Made by a program: the position numbers and the translations under genes. Below the pieces are notes generated by a model. The model saw nothing but the letters and a program-made list of their open reading frames with translations, ran no database searches and was not told the origin of the DNA. 64,000 nucleotides of DNA from NCBI RefSeq assembly GCF_009914755.1, contig NC_060945.1, one strand, 5' to 3'. The first letter of the stretch is position 1. The number at the start of each line of letters is the position of its first letter. Below are positions 41,730 through 54,335 of this stretch, piece after piece. The DNA is from the human T2T-CHM13v2.0 reference genome, Homo sapiens.

Positions 41730-42180
41730 TTACATGGCTTCTCATTGTCCCATCTTCTGCAAGCCCAAGAATGTCCTACAAGGTCTCTCTGCAGCCGGTC
41801 TGTCCAACCTCATCAGTTTCCTCATTGTTTATTTGCTGGAACCTACATAATGTTTCTGTCTGTCTCAAACCTGTCAATTTGTGTTCTGTCCCCAAAGCCT
41901 ATCAATTTCATATTTTACCCCACTATAATGATCTTCCTTACTATTAGCTAGCTGTCTCCTTTACATCATTCGAGATTGTTTTTTCATCCCTTCCTCAGAG
42001 AAGACATTAATGACCACCTTAACACTGGCCTCTTCAAAGGAATTATCTCTGATGAATTCATGTTATTTAAATACCTGTTTATCTTTTTCTCCAACAGAAT
42101 GTAAACTCTATATGTGTAGGTTAACTTATCACCCAGGTCCCTGCTTATTAGTTCTTAATAAAAATTTGCTGATTTGCATA
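41730..42180 (+). mobile_element. Degenerate L2 fragment
   Basis: CATGGCTTCTCATTG...AGAATGTAAACTCTATATG...AATAAAAATTTGCTGA. Confidence 0.45.
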
Positions 42181-42361
42181 ATTATTCCATCTGTATTGTT
42201 TTTCAGAAAAATGAGTAGGTCTTTTCAAGTCCAATTCTTTCCCTTGATACCTGAATATCTTCTACACTTGAGTTCTCAGAGACCTGACACTTTCAAAGAC
42301 CTATTCTTTCTATTATACCATATTCCATTTTTATGTAGTTTTTATTATACAGTTGTACTCT

Positions 42362-42510
42362 AGAACTGTACTGTTCAATAAGGCAGACACTAGCCACATG
42401 AAGTGATGTAAAATCAAATTAAAATTAAATTAAATTAACTAAAATGAAATAAAATTAAAAATTCAGTTCCTCTGGTGAGGTAGCCTCATTATAAGTGCTC
42501 AGAAGTTACA
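42362..42510. mobile_element. MER3/MER33-like hAT-Charlie fragment
   Basis: CTGTTCAATAAGGCAGACACTAGCCACATG...AAAATTCAGTTCCTC...AAGTGCTCA. Confidence 0.65.
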
Positions 42511-42580
42511 CCACTCTCCAGATTTGGAACTTGTATTTGTGTTTTTGCATCAGATATTATTTTTATGAGAAAGAAAAGGT

Positions 42581-42914
42581 TGCAATGGACTGAATGTTTG
42601 TGCCCTCCAAAAATTCATATGTTGAAATCCTAACCCTCAAGGTATTAGGAGAAGGGACTTTTTGGACATGATTAAGTCATGAAGGTGGAACCCTCATGAA
42701 TGGGAATAAGGTCCTTATGATTCTCCTACCAGGTGAAGACACGGTCAGAAGAATCATCTTTGAACCAGAAAGCTGGACCTCACCAGACACTGAATCTGGC
42801 GGTGCCTTCATCTTGAACTTTCCAGCCTCCAAATAGGTGAAAAATAAATTTCTGTTGTTTATAAGCTATTCTGTTTAAATTATTTGATTATTGCAGCCCA
42901 AATAGATGAAGCCA
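42581..42914 (+). mobile_element. MLT1A0-type MaLR solo LTR
   Basis: TGCAATGGACTGAATGTTTGTGCCCTCCAAAAATTCATATGTTGAAATCCTAACC...AATAAATTTCTGTTGTTTATAAGC. Confidence 0.87.
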
Positions 42915-43569
42915 AAAAGTTATATTAGCCCCTTTCGTTTGGAGAAAAAATTATATTATCGTTGTTGTATTTGTTATTCTATATTTATTACATACATGTA
43001 ATATCCAGATAATAAACATGTTCAAAATGTATTTTCTACTGTATGTTTTTTCTATTCTTTATTGTTTTTCTTTGCTACCATTTTATTCTTTTGCTGCTTT
43101 CTGTTGAGATGATCAAGTCTTTGATATTGTACTTTTTTCCTTATTAGTTTGAAAGATATAAATTTGTTTCTGATCAATACGATGTTAATATGCATTCAAT
43201 ATTTAAAATACAAAGGTGATGTCCCTCTGCTCTTGCACAAGAAAGATACAAGAATTTTCTCATAAATTGTGTTGAACCCACTAAAATATTTGATCTTAGT
43301 TGTTAGATATACTAATTCATAATTGTTTTTAACCTATTAGAAATTAGTTTTATTTTGAGTTGGCCTGTTTTTTGGGCCCTTCTTATTTAGACTTACCCAT
43401 GAAATTACCAAGCTCTTTGCTCAGTACTGCTTCCTGTTCCTGTTTCTTTCTTTTAAAATTGCATTCTTTTACCTGTGGAGCGTACCCTAAGTGTACTTAG
43501 TGGCAAAATCGTGTTGTTAGTCTGCAATACTTTTTATTCTATTGCTCTTCAGATTATTCTCTTTGAATT

Positions 43570-44056
43570 TACCAGGATGGCATTAATGTTGACCCTCAGT
43601 TTAACTAAACAGATGACAAATTTCTTGCTACAGGACCCTGAACTGTCTTCTTAGAGCATTTATATGAGAAGACTTGCAATTATTAATTCTTTTTCTACCC
43701 CTTTAAGACACAAATCTTCTCCTAGCCTTTTTGTCAGTTTTACAGCCCAGCAGTGTCTTTCTCAAGGACCTTGGAGCCACGCTTTTGAAAAGTCATCATC
43801 TTTCATTTTTTGTGGGTGAATAAGTGCCTAATTTCAGTAAGCTACAATTAGCAAACGTAGGCGGCCTAATCACATTAACCAAACTCGCCCCTAAATTTTC
43901 CACTAGTTTAACCCAAAGCTCTAGAACTCTCCTGTCTTTTCTTTCAACTGAATTGAATCTCCCTTCTTTATGCCAATAATCTTGACCCCTATTGAAAAAT
44001 CTTGAATAAATTCTTCCTCACCTGTTTAATTCATCCAGTAATTTTTTTCTTTGATG
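43570..44056 (+). mobile_element. ERV1 solo LTR (MER31/MER67-like)
   Basis: TCTTAGAGCATTTA...GTCTTTCTCAAGGACCTTGGAGCCA...AATTAGCAAAC...GGCCTAATCACATT...CTTGAATAAA. Confidence 0.65.
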
Positions 44057-44147
44057 GAATTTGGTGCACTGTCAATTTCTGTTTTTGTATTTGATTTATA
44101 AAGTATTTATTCAATATGAGATATCATGTTTTTTATTAATTTTAAAA

Positions 44148-44353
44148 AAATTAGCAATATTTTCTTAACTATTGCCTTTTCCCACTCTTTTCATTTTTAA
44201 TTTTTTGTTCTGACATGTTGCCCTTCACAATCCAGCTTCCAGGTAGCTTCAAATTAGCAATATTTTCTTAACTGTGGACTTTCTCCACTCTTTTCATTTT
44301 TAATTTTTTGTTCTGACTTGTTGCCCTTCACAATCCAGCTTCCAGGTAGCTTC
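44148..44353. repeat. Tandem duplication, 2 x 103 bp
   Basis: 44148-44250 and 44251-44353 align without gaps, with 6 mismatches. Confidence 0.95.
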
Positions 44354-44459
44354 ATTTATCTTTCAAAAACATCATATCATTAATTCAGAATCTTTATCAG
44401 GCCTTAAATACATTTTATTTGAAATGGATTCACATTCCAATGTGAATTATATTCCTCAC

Positions 44460-44590
44460 CCCCTCCTTTCTTCCCTCCCTCCCTCCTTTCCTTTCTTTCT
44501 TCCTTCCTCCCTCTCTCCCTCCCTTCGTTCCTTCCTTCCTTTCTTATTTTTCTTTTATTTCTCGTGTGTGTGTGTGTGTGTGTGTGTGTG
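44460..44590. repeat. (CCTT/CCCT)n tract followed by (GT)13
   Basis: Seen directly. Confidence 0.9.
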
Positions 44591-45099
44591 GTTGATTTTC
44601 TTCACATCCAAGGACAAATATAGCAGATCAGCAGATCATATGGCTACATTCTGCTTCGCAAAGGTGTGCAGTAAACTCACGATCCCTTGATCCTTAGAAA
44701 GTTTGGCAGCATTTTTTTTTTCAGTCCCATTTCAAGACCACAAAGTCTGGTTTCAGTTGATAATACAGGATCAGGCCGTTGTCTCTTTAGGCTTATTTTT
44801 ATTCCCCTTTATCCATGTCTTGCTTTAGAAACTGTAATCTAGCACATACCAATATTCAGTTTTCCACAATCTCTGCCACTATGTGTTTCTATTCCATTTG
44901 TGGAGCACAGAAATATTTGTATTGCTTCAGAGCTCATCAATATTTGTTTAGTTGTTCTTTCTGTTTATCTAACAGTGTTATTTGTTTGGTGGGAAAGGTG
45001 CAACCAGATGTGAATTATTTGTACCACAATGACAAGAAGTTCGTGAATCGAGTTTACATATTTATACATCTATGCTGGCTGGAGATTTACATGTGAATA

Positions 45100-45550
45100 T
45101 TCTTAATGACTATATACTCTACGCATATTGCCAGTTGCCTTCACAGTAACTTCGTTTGAATGTCACAAGTGCATATTCAAGTTAAAAACATACAAATCAG
45201 AACTCTTCCCAATCTTCTCCATTGCAATAAATAAAATAGCTCCACGTTCTTGCAAACTCAAGCAAATAAACTGTCCTAGACTCCTTTGCTTCACATCAGC
45301 TCCATCAAATGTAATACCTAGTTCTCATCATTCTTCATCTCCGTTGCTATTTTGTGAAACTAAATATTCACTACCCACTTACACTTAATCTTGTCACCAT
45401 ATTTATTCCCTTCACAGCATTTATCACACCCTGAAGGGGGTTTGTTAATATATTTTTGTTAATGACATCATTTACCTATTGAACACTGATTGTCTTCCTG
45501 TTCACAGAGCTTTTCCGAATTCATTATAAGAACTCAGCAAATCTTGGGTA
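45100..45550 (+). mobile_element. Degenerate L2 fragments
   Basis: AAATCAGAACTCTT...TTCACAGCATTTATCAC...GTCTTCCTGTTCAC; weak. Confidence 0.4.
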
Positions 45551-45999
45551 AACCAGTAAAAAACATCCATCAGTATTAGATGGCTACATTACGCATTACC
45601 AGAAGTCAGGATTTCTGGTAACATAGCCCGCTTTCGTTTCTCAACAATGTACATTATAAAAAAGATGTAGGCAAATGTTTAATTTTACTTTCAAACTTTT
45701 ATTTAATTTATACTGGGTTTCATATATAAAAGAAAAATAAAAACCATTTTTCATTGCTATTTCATATAAATTGAAACTATGGAAAATGTAATTCCTTGAT
45801 AATGTGGTTTATTCCCTGAAATATAATATTTAATTATGTAAGTTTGCATCAGATACAACCTGTCTACACTCTGACTTTTCTGAAATATTAAAATATGCCA
45901 ACCCAAATATGATATTCTCCTGAAAGTGTTTACTTGAGAGACTTTATTTTCATAGTAAGACAACAACTTTTGTTTGGAGTGCATTTCCTATTCTCATTC

Positions 46000-48900
46000 C
46001 CCTTAAATATAAATGGGCTTAATGCCCCAATTAAAAGACACATGGCAAGCTGGATAGAGTCAAGACCCATCAATGTGCTGTATTCAAGAGACCCAACTCA
46101 TGTGCAAAGACACACACAGGCTCAAAATATAGGGATGCAGGAAAGTGTATCAAGCAAATGGAAAGCAGAAAAAAGCAGAGGTCGTCATCCTAGTTTCTGG
46201 CAAAACAGATTTTAAACCAATGAAGATTAAACAAGAAAAAGAAGGACATTACATAATGGTAAGAGGTTCAATTCAACAAGAAGAGCTAACTATCCTAAAT
46301 ATATATATCCCCAATACAGGAGGACCCAGATTCATAAGGAGGACCCAGATTCATAAAACAAACTCTTACAGACCTGCAAAGAGACTGAGACTTCCAAACA
46401 ATAATAGTCGGTGACTTTAACATCCCACTGTCAATATTAGACAGAATATTAGCAAGATATTCTGGAGGCCTGAACTCAGCTCTGCATCAAGTGGACCTGA
46501 TAGGTATCTACAGAACTCTCCACCCAAAAACAACAGAATATACATTCTTCTTGGCACCACATGACACTTATTCTAAAACTGACCACATAATTGGAAGTAA
46601 AAACACTCAGCAAATGCAAAAGAACTGAAATCATAACAAACAGCCTCTCAGACCACAGCACAGTTAAACTAGAACTCAAGGTTAAGAAACTCACTCAAAA
46701 CCACACAATCACATGATAATTTAACAACCTGCTCCTGAATGACTCCTGAGTATATAGTGAAATTAAGGCAAAAATCAGGAAGTTCTTTGAAACTAATGAG
46801 AACAAAGAATCTCTGGGATGCAACTAAAGTAGTGTTAAGAGGAAAATTTATAGCACTAAATCCCTATATAAAAAAGCTAGAAAGATCTCAAATCAACCTC
46901 CTAACACCACAACTAAAAGAGCTAGAGAACCAAGAGCAAACAAACCCCCAAACTAGCAGAAGACAAGAAAAAGACAAGCTCCAAGCTGAACTGAAGAAGA
47001 TAGAGACATGAAAAACTCTTCAAAAAATCAATGAATCCAGGAGCTGGTTTCTTGAAAAAAATAATAAAATAGACCACTAGATAGATTAATAAAGAAGAAA
47101 AAAGGGATAAATCAAATAGACAAAAAATGATAAAGGGGATATGACCACTGACCCCACAGAAATACAAACCATTAAATAATACTATAAACATCTCTATGCA
47201 AATAAACTAGAAAATCTAAAAGAAATGGATAAATTCCTAGACATATACACACTCCCAAGCCTGAATCAGGAAGAAGTTGAATCACTGAATAGACTAATAA
47301 CAAGTTTTGAAATAATAAATAGCCTACCAACCAAAATAAGCCCAGGGCCAGATGGATTTAGAGGTAAATTCTACCAGAGGTACAAAGAGGAGCTAGTACT
47401 ATTTCTTCTGAAACTATTCCAAACAACTGAAAAGGCGGGACTCCTCCTTAACTCATTTTATGAGGCCAGTATCATCCTCATGCCAAAACCTGGCAGAGAT
47501 ACAACAACAACAACAACAACAACAACAACGACAACAAAGAAAACTTTAGGCCAATATCACTGATGAACATTGGTTTAAAAATCCTCAATAAAATACTGAC
47601 AAACAGAATCCACCAGCACAACAAAAAACTTACTCACCTTGATAAAGTCAGCTCCATCCCCAGGATGCAAAGCTGGTTCAATGTACACAAATCAATAAAT
47701 GTAATTTATCACATAAACAAAACTAAAGACAAAAACCACATGATTACCTCAACAGATGCAGAAAAGGCCTTGGATAAAATTCCACATCTTTTCGTGTGAA
47801 AAACTCTCAATAAACTAGATATTGAGGACATATACCTCAAAATAATAAGAGCCATTTATGAAAAACCTACAGCCAATATCATGTTGAATAGGCAAAAGCT
47901 GGAGGCATTACCCTTGAAAATCAGCACAAAACAAAGATGCCTTCTCTCACCACTCCTATTCAACATAGTATTCAAAGTTCAGGCCAGGGCAATCAGGCAA
48001 GAGAAAGAAATAAAGGGTATTCACATAGGAAGAGAAGAAGTCAAACTGTCTTTGTTTGCAGATGACATGATCCTATAATCAATGTGCAAAAATCACAAGC
48101 ATTCCTATACACCAACAACATATAAGCAGAGAGCCAAATCATGAAGGAACTCCCATTCACAATTTCTATAAAGAGAATAAAATACCTAGGAATACACTTA
48201 ACAAGTGAAGTAGAGGACCTCTTCAGGTAGAACTACAAACCACTCCTCAAAGAAATCAGAGAGGAAGGAATAAAAGGAAAAAAACCCCATTCCCACGGAG
48301 AGAAAGAATCGATATCATGAAAATGGCCATATTGCCCAGAGTAATTTGTAGATTCAATGCTATTCCCATCAAACTACCATTGACATTCTTTACAGAATAT
48401 GGAACCAAAAAATAGCTTGTATACCAAAGACACTCCTAAGCAAAAAGAACAAAGCTGGAACCATCACGCTACCCAACTTCGAACTATACTACAAAGCTAC
48501 AGCACCCAAAACAACATGGTACTTGTACAAAAACTGACACAGACCAATTGAACACAGTAAAGAATTTAGAAATAAGACTGCACATCTAAAACAATCTGAT
48601 CTTGGACAAACCTGACAACAACAAGCAATGGGGAAAAATTCCCTATTTGATAAATGGTGATAGAACTGGCTAGCCATATGCACAAAATTTAAACTGGACT
48701 CCTTCCTTACACCTTATACAAAAATTAACTCAAGATGGACTAAAAACATAAATGTCAAACCCAAAACTATAAAAAACCCTAGAAGAAAATATAGATAATA
48801 CCATTCAGCCACAGGCAAAAATTTCATGACAAAAACATCAAGACCAACTGCAACGAAAGCAATAATTTACAAATTGGGTCTAATTAAACTTAAGAGCTTC

Positions 48901-49960
48901 TGCAGAGCAAAATAAACTATCATCAGAGTGAACAGACAACCTACAGAATGGTATAAAATGTCTGCACCCTATCTATCTGACAAAGGTCTAATATACAGAG
49001 TCTACAAGGAACTTAAACACATTTACAAGAAAAAAAAATCCCATTAAAAACTGGGCAAAAGATATGAACAGACACTTCTCAAAAGAAGACATTTATGTGG
49101 GCAAGAAACATATGAAGAAAAGTTCAACATCAGTCTTCATTAGAGAAATGTAAATCAAAACTACAATGAGATACTATCTCACATCAGTCAGAATGGCGAT
49201 CATTAAAAAGTCTGGAAACAACAGATGCTGGCAAGGCTGTGGAGAGTTAGGAATGCTTTTACGCTGTTGGTGGGACTGTAAATTAGTTCAACCATTGTGG
49301 AAGATAGTTTGGCGATTCCTCAAAGACCTAGAACCAGATATACTATTTGACCCAGCAATCATATTACTGGGTATAAACCCAAAAGAATATAAATCTTTCT
49401 ATTATGAAGACACATGCATGTGTATGTTCATTGCAGCACTATTCATAATAGCAAAGACATGGAATCAACCGAAATGTCCATCAGTCATAGACTGGATAAA
49501 GAAAATGTAGTACATATACACCATGGGATACTATGCACACATCAGAAGTGTCTGATTTCAATTATGGAACATGAACATTACATAGTGAGCCCAGGACTTC
49601 TTGTTGTACCAGAATGAGATAATGTCCTTTGCAGGGACATGGACGGAACTGCAAGTCATTATCCTCAGCAAACCAATGCAAGAACAGAAAACCAAACACC
49701 ACATGTTCTCATTCATAAGTAGGAGCTGAACAATGAGAACACATGGACCCAGGGAGGGGAACATCACACACTGGGGCCTGTAAGCAGAAGGGAGTTCTTG
49801 GGGGGAAAGAGAACATCAGGAAAAATAGCTAATGTGTAGGGGGCTTAATACTTAGGTGAGGGGTCAACAGGTGTAGCAAACCACCATGGCACATGTATAC
49901 CTATGTAACAAACCTGCACATTCTGCACATGTACCCCGAAGCTTAAAATAAAATAAAAAT
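46000..49960 (+). mobile_element. 5'-truncated primate L1PA (about L1PA11-15): disrupted ORF2 plus 3' UTR
   Basis: ORF2 motifs [49 protein letters not shown]...CWWDCKLVQPLWK; L1PA 3' UTR ending CCTGCACATTCTGCACATGTACCCC plus A tail; many stops, frameshifts and small deletions. Confidence 0.95.
47502..47537 (+). repeat. (ACA)n microsatellite expanded inside L1 ORF2
   Basis: Seen directly; gives the poly-Thr run in ORF 47225-47563. Confidence 0.9.
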
Positions 49961-50799
49961 TTTTAAAAAATAGTTTCAGAAAATTATTGTAAAAACACTT
50001 AGTAACAAATCAATACAATTTGTGTTTATGTATTATCAATAACAATTTTTTAAAGTTTACATACTACATCTCAATTCAATAGACTTGGGAATTTTTTAGA
50101 TCACAGTAATATTTAAATAGATTTTAATCTGCTGAATACTTCTGTTTCTTTTCCTGTAAAACAGGAAAATGCTCAGCAGCTGGGATTCTTAAGACTACAT
50201 ATAAGTGATGTATAGAAGTACAGTGCCTAGCAAATATATGTTCTTGAAAGTCTTTGCTATACTCACAAATTTCTCCTCAAGTTTTTAGTTTATCGTTTAT
50301 CACTCAATTGATACCTCATATCTAAGAACTAGTTCAGACGTAGGCCATAAATATTAACCTATGAATTCAAGGCTAGTTATTAATCAGATTTTTTAACCTT
50401 TTATGTTACACGTGGTTTCTGTTTGAATAACAGATTGTGTTTTACTCTTGAAATGAAGTAACATAAATCTTGAAAGCTAGTTGTGAATTGTTTATGAGGT
50501 GCAATGTAACTAAAAAAATGAATTTCAGCTTTTCCTTGTGCTTATAGATATTTAAATACAAAATGATTAGAGATAGATAATGTAAATGTAATCATCACAG
50601 ATGATTACATTACAATACAAAATGTACCTTTCTTACATAAAAATTTTAAGTAGTAGACATGCTAGAAAATGCTGATAAAAAGTCAAAACTTAAATATCAC
50701 CCATCAGCTCATTTTCATACTCCAAATCTTTGACCAGATCTATGTGTCTGTGTTTGTGTATATATCTGCATGTCTGTATAATTTTACCTGTAGTCTGTC

Positions 50800-51110
50800 C
50801 ACCTAGTGAACAATGAGCAGGCACTCAGACTGGCCGGAATTTGGCTTTCATACTCCTATATGAAAATAAACCAGGGCTCTCTGGGGAAGTGGCTGATTTC
50901 AGTTGTGGACATGAATGTCACATAGTGAGCCCAGGACTTCTTGTTGTACCAGGAAAAAAAAAAAAAAACCACTTTGCTATCAATATTTTTGTGTAAAGAC
51001 ACAAGAAGTAGCTTAAAGAAATACGCACTCATCAAATCTGGGAATATCGGCACATAAACAGTTGCTTTAAAAAACATACCAGCAAAATAAATAAGTGAAT
51101 GTAAAAGTTT
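50800..51110 (+). mobile_element. L1MC3/4-like 3' UTR fragment
   Basis: AACCAGGGCTCTCTGGGGAAGTGGCTGATT...GTGAGCCCAGGACTTCTTGTTGTACCAG...AAAGACACAAGAAG resembles the recalled L1MC 3' end. Confidence 0.6.
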
Positions 51111-53269
51111 AACTTTAATTTTTTTCATTATTCTTGATATTGTAATTCTGAAACAACCCCCATTTTATCTATAACCTATACTTTAATTTTTCACAAAATT
51201 ATTTTATAAATAGAAAAAAGTTTCAGAAAACTATTGCAGAAGATTTGTAACAACTCAATACTATTAATTTCTGTTTATGTATCATCAAAAATACACTTTA
51301 AAAAATTCACTTATTAAATCTCAAGTAAATCAATAACTCTCCAATAATCTTAATAAGTGTCAAATAATAGTTCTATGCCAATAATGTAAAATAAATAGTA
51401 TTAATTTCTAAAATTCATCAAATGTTTCAAATAAATATTAAAAACTTTATTTTAAAATATGCTTTATTTTACCCAGTTTGCTTTTCACTCTTCTATAATT
51501 TTGTAAATGAAAACTAAAACTTAGAAAATGTATATGCATAGCAGAAAATTACCTTGTTAAATATACATGTTTTAATATACTTGTGCCTGTATTATAACTT
51601 GCAGCTTTTCTCTATCTTTGAAGTGCCATATGTAATGAAAAACTAAGATTCTTCTTTTACATTTTTAGATCCATAATTGTGTAACATTTACGTATTCTTT
51701 TGGATTAGTGTCTCTATTTGTGTTAACAATAATACTCAATATTAAAATCTTTCAAGGTTTTTAGTTATTAAAATAAATCACAGTATTTCCAGAATTTTTT
51801 GTCAGCTATAAAAATATAAAATTCACAATGTTTTCTTCAAAAACTTTTATTAGCTTGAGTGTAAAAGCAGTCTTCAAGTTCTGGCCAGCTAAATTCTAAA
51901 GGTCAGAAGTTCCTTTGAATGCAATATGATTGCAACATTAAATATTCTAACATATTCTATGCTGTGATTCAATGAATATTTTGGATCAACATTTGAAAGT
52001 GGAAATCTTTTCAGGCAGATATCTCTGATTATGGCTGTTCTATATTTATTTTTTGAATATTTAGCATTCATAATTTTATGGAGAATAATTTTTTTGAAAG
52101 TCATTATTAATATATGTAACAAATATTATTTGTGCATATGATTACCTTGGAAGTTGGCATTGGAAAAGGAAGAAAAATCAAAATAAAAAAAGGAAATTAA
52201 TAGTTGCTGTGAGTTAGGTATTGTTTGGATATTATGAGCAAAACAAGTCCCTTCCTTTTTGCCTTATCCAGGGAATGTTAGGAAACCAATTTAGTTTGCC
52301 ATGGATGTTAAGGCAAAAGAATAGAAGAGGATCCATGCACTTAAGCTTAGCTAAATGACAGTGTAAGTGTGAAAAATCACATAAGATGATGAAATAATTC
52401 TATAATACTCAAACCAGGAGTAGATCAATAACCTAAAAAAATTATTTTTTAAAAAAGCAAAAGTTTTTATAGTTACCTCAGCATTCCCTCAGCATGAGAT
52501 AAGCACATCTTTTAGATTATACTTTGCCATACTTTCTTTGGGAATTTCATAATATTTCATTTTTATTTGAAAGAGAAATGGGTTGTAATATTTAAAATGC
52601 TGTGGGAGACGAAAAAACATTCATGTTTTCATAATCTCTTCTGGGCATTTTTACTCAATTTCGTTGACAATTTTGCAATTACAAAGTTGGTCAACTTATA
52701 AATGGAAGCAAGTTTTATTATATAATCAGTATTGTATTTTTAACGGATGTTATTTTAGGAAAGCAAAGCATAAACAGTGACCTCTATTTTATAATTAAAT
52801 GTTTATACAATAATATATAATGCCTCTATTTAAAATTTTGCAAAAAACTCAGTGGAAATTCTTGTTAATATAAAGAATTACCTTTTATTCTGTGTTCTAA
52901 CATATTAATCCCTAGAATCAGAATCAACCCTGAAAGAGAGGTCATGATTTGTATTCTCTGCAGTTCCCAATAAGAGGAAATAAATAGTATTACTCAACTA
53001 TGCTAACAGAGACATACAAATTTACTTAATTCCCCTGACACACAATGGCTTTCTAAGTGTGCTTTCTCATTAGTGTCTGAATCATTAAATAGGTTCAAAG
53101 TGCAGGATTTAATTAATTTACAATTCTTAAAATGACAAATTGTTGAATATCCATGGTTACATAAACTATCATGTGGAAGTTCTAAAGAGGTTAATTTCTT
53201 CATTATGAAAAAGGTCATTAGTTTTTTCTTTTGCATTTTTTTCTCTCACAGAACTGTAACTAGTCCGAG

Positions 53270-53800
53270 AAAGTTAGAGGATGGAAAAGAGTAGAATGGT
53301 GCAAGAAATTATAGGAACTAAGATTAGAAAAAGAGTCAAGGAATTCTTAATGGAGCTTTTATATACTATGCTACAAAAATTGAGTTTATTCTGGAAATAA
53401 TGACGATGCATCAAAAGGTTGAAAGTGGTTGGAGGATAAATTGGATGGAACATAAAAATATTTTTTAATTGGAAAATATGAAAATGAGGAGAATCATAAG
53501 GAGGGATTCCAGGCAAGGAAAGGTGAGTACCTGAACCAAAATGGTACCTGTGAAAACGTTTGTAGTAGAGTTAAACTGGACCTGCATGTAATATTAAGAT
53601 GATCATGGCCAGTAAGAATTACTTTTGTGATGCCACAGTGGCAGACATGAATTTAAGGACTGTCACTGGATTGATTTGTAATGGGATACTAGGACCATAT
53701 GACCATAAATTATACACAGTGAGCAGAGAAGAAGAGTTATTGAGGAAAACTGATGTGATAAGCATGGCAGACACACCAGAATCCAGAAAGGGAAAGTCTT
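53270..53800 (-). mobile_element. Degenerate L2 fragments
   Basis: Purine-rich antisense L2-like sequence (GAGTTTATTCTGGAAATAATG, ATTCCAGGCAAGGAAAG); weak. Confidence 0.35.
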
Positions 53801-53954
53801 TTTGAGACGTAATTCAATGACTTTGTGTTAGTTGAGCCAATTTTAAAGTTTTAAGGATGGAATGATCCACAGATTCAAATACGACCATTTCAAGTAAGGA
53901 ATGTACTGAATCCTGAAAATCACTGAGGTTATGAATAATTGTAGCAAAGATTTT

Positions 53955-54118
53955 CATCCTTCCTTTCCCCTCCCCTCCCTTCCTCTTTCTTCCTTCCTTT
54001 CTCTTTTCTTTTCTTTTCTTTTTCTTTTTCTTCCTTCCTTCCTTCCTTTTCTTTCTTTCTTTTTCTTTCCTTCTTTCTTTCTCTCTTTCTTTTACTTTTT
54101 CTTTTTTCTTCCCTTTGT
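53955..54118. repeat. Polypyrimidine (CCTT/CTTT)n tract
   Basis: About 160 bp, almost purely C/T. Confidence 0.93.
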
Positions 54119-54274
54119 TCATTGTTAAATTCCTATCTGCTCTTCTTATATTAATCCTTCTTTCTAGTTGTTAAATGTTCTGTTATCTTGCTTGTTGGGT
54201 TTTCTATATACATTCATTAGTTGGCCTTTCCTCTTCATACCTACTTTCCTCTTTCTTTTCTCCTTACTTGAAAA

Positions 54275-54335
54275 AATATATATACATATATATATAATTT
54301 ATACATTTATTTATATATATTTACATATATATATA
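54275..54335. repeat. (TA)n imperfect repeat
   Basis: Seen directly. Confidence 0.88.

Noticed and set aside
41526-41951. 141-aa ORF
   Set aside because: Chance read-through of an L1 3' UTR into L2 sequence.
45596-45621. 9-bp hairpin TTACCAGAA/TTCTGGTAA
   Set aside because: Short enough to occur by chance in 64 kb, with no supporting context.
46000-49510. Functional L1 ORF2 / active retroelement
   Set aside because: No 5' UTR or ORF1, many stops and frameshifts, and a deletion just after FADDMIL.
50953-50968. Poly(A) tail of a processed pseudogene
   Set aside because: The A-run lies inside an L1MC-like 3' UTR; there is no upstream mRNA-like sequence or TSD.
53814-54122. Lys/Arg/Glu-rich 102-aa ORF
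   Set aside because: Translation of the (GAAA/GGAA)n simple repeat.
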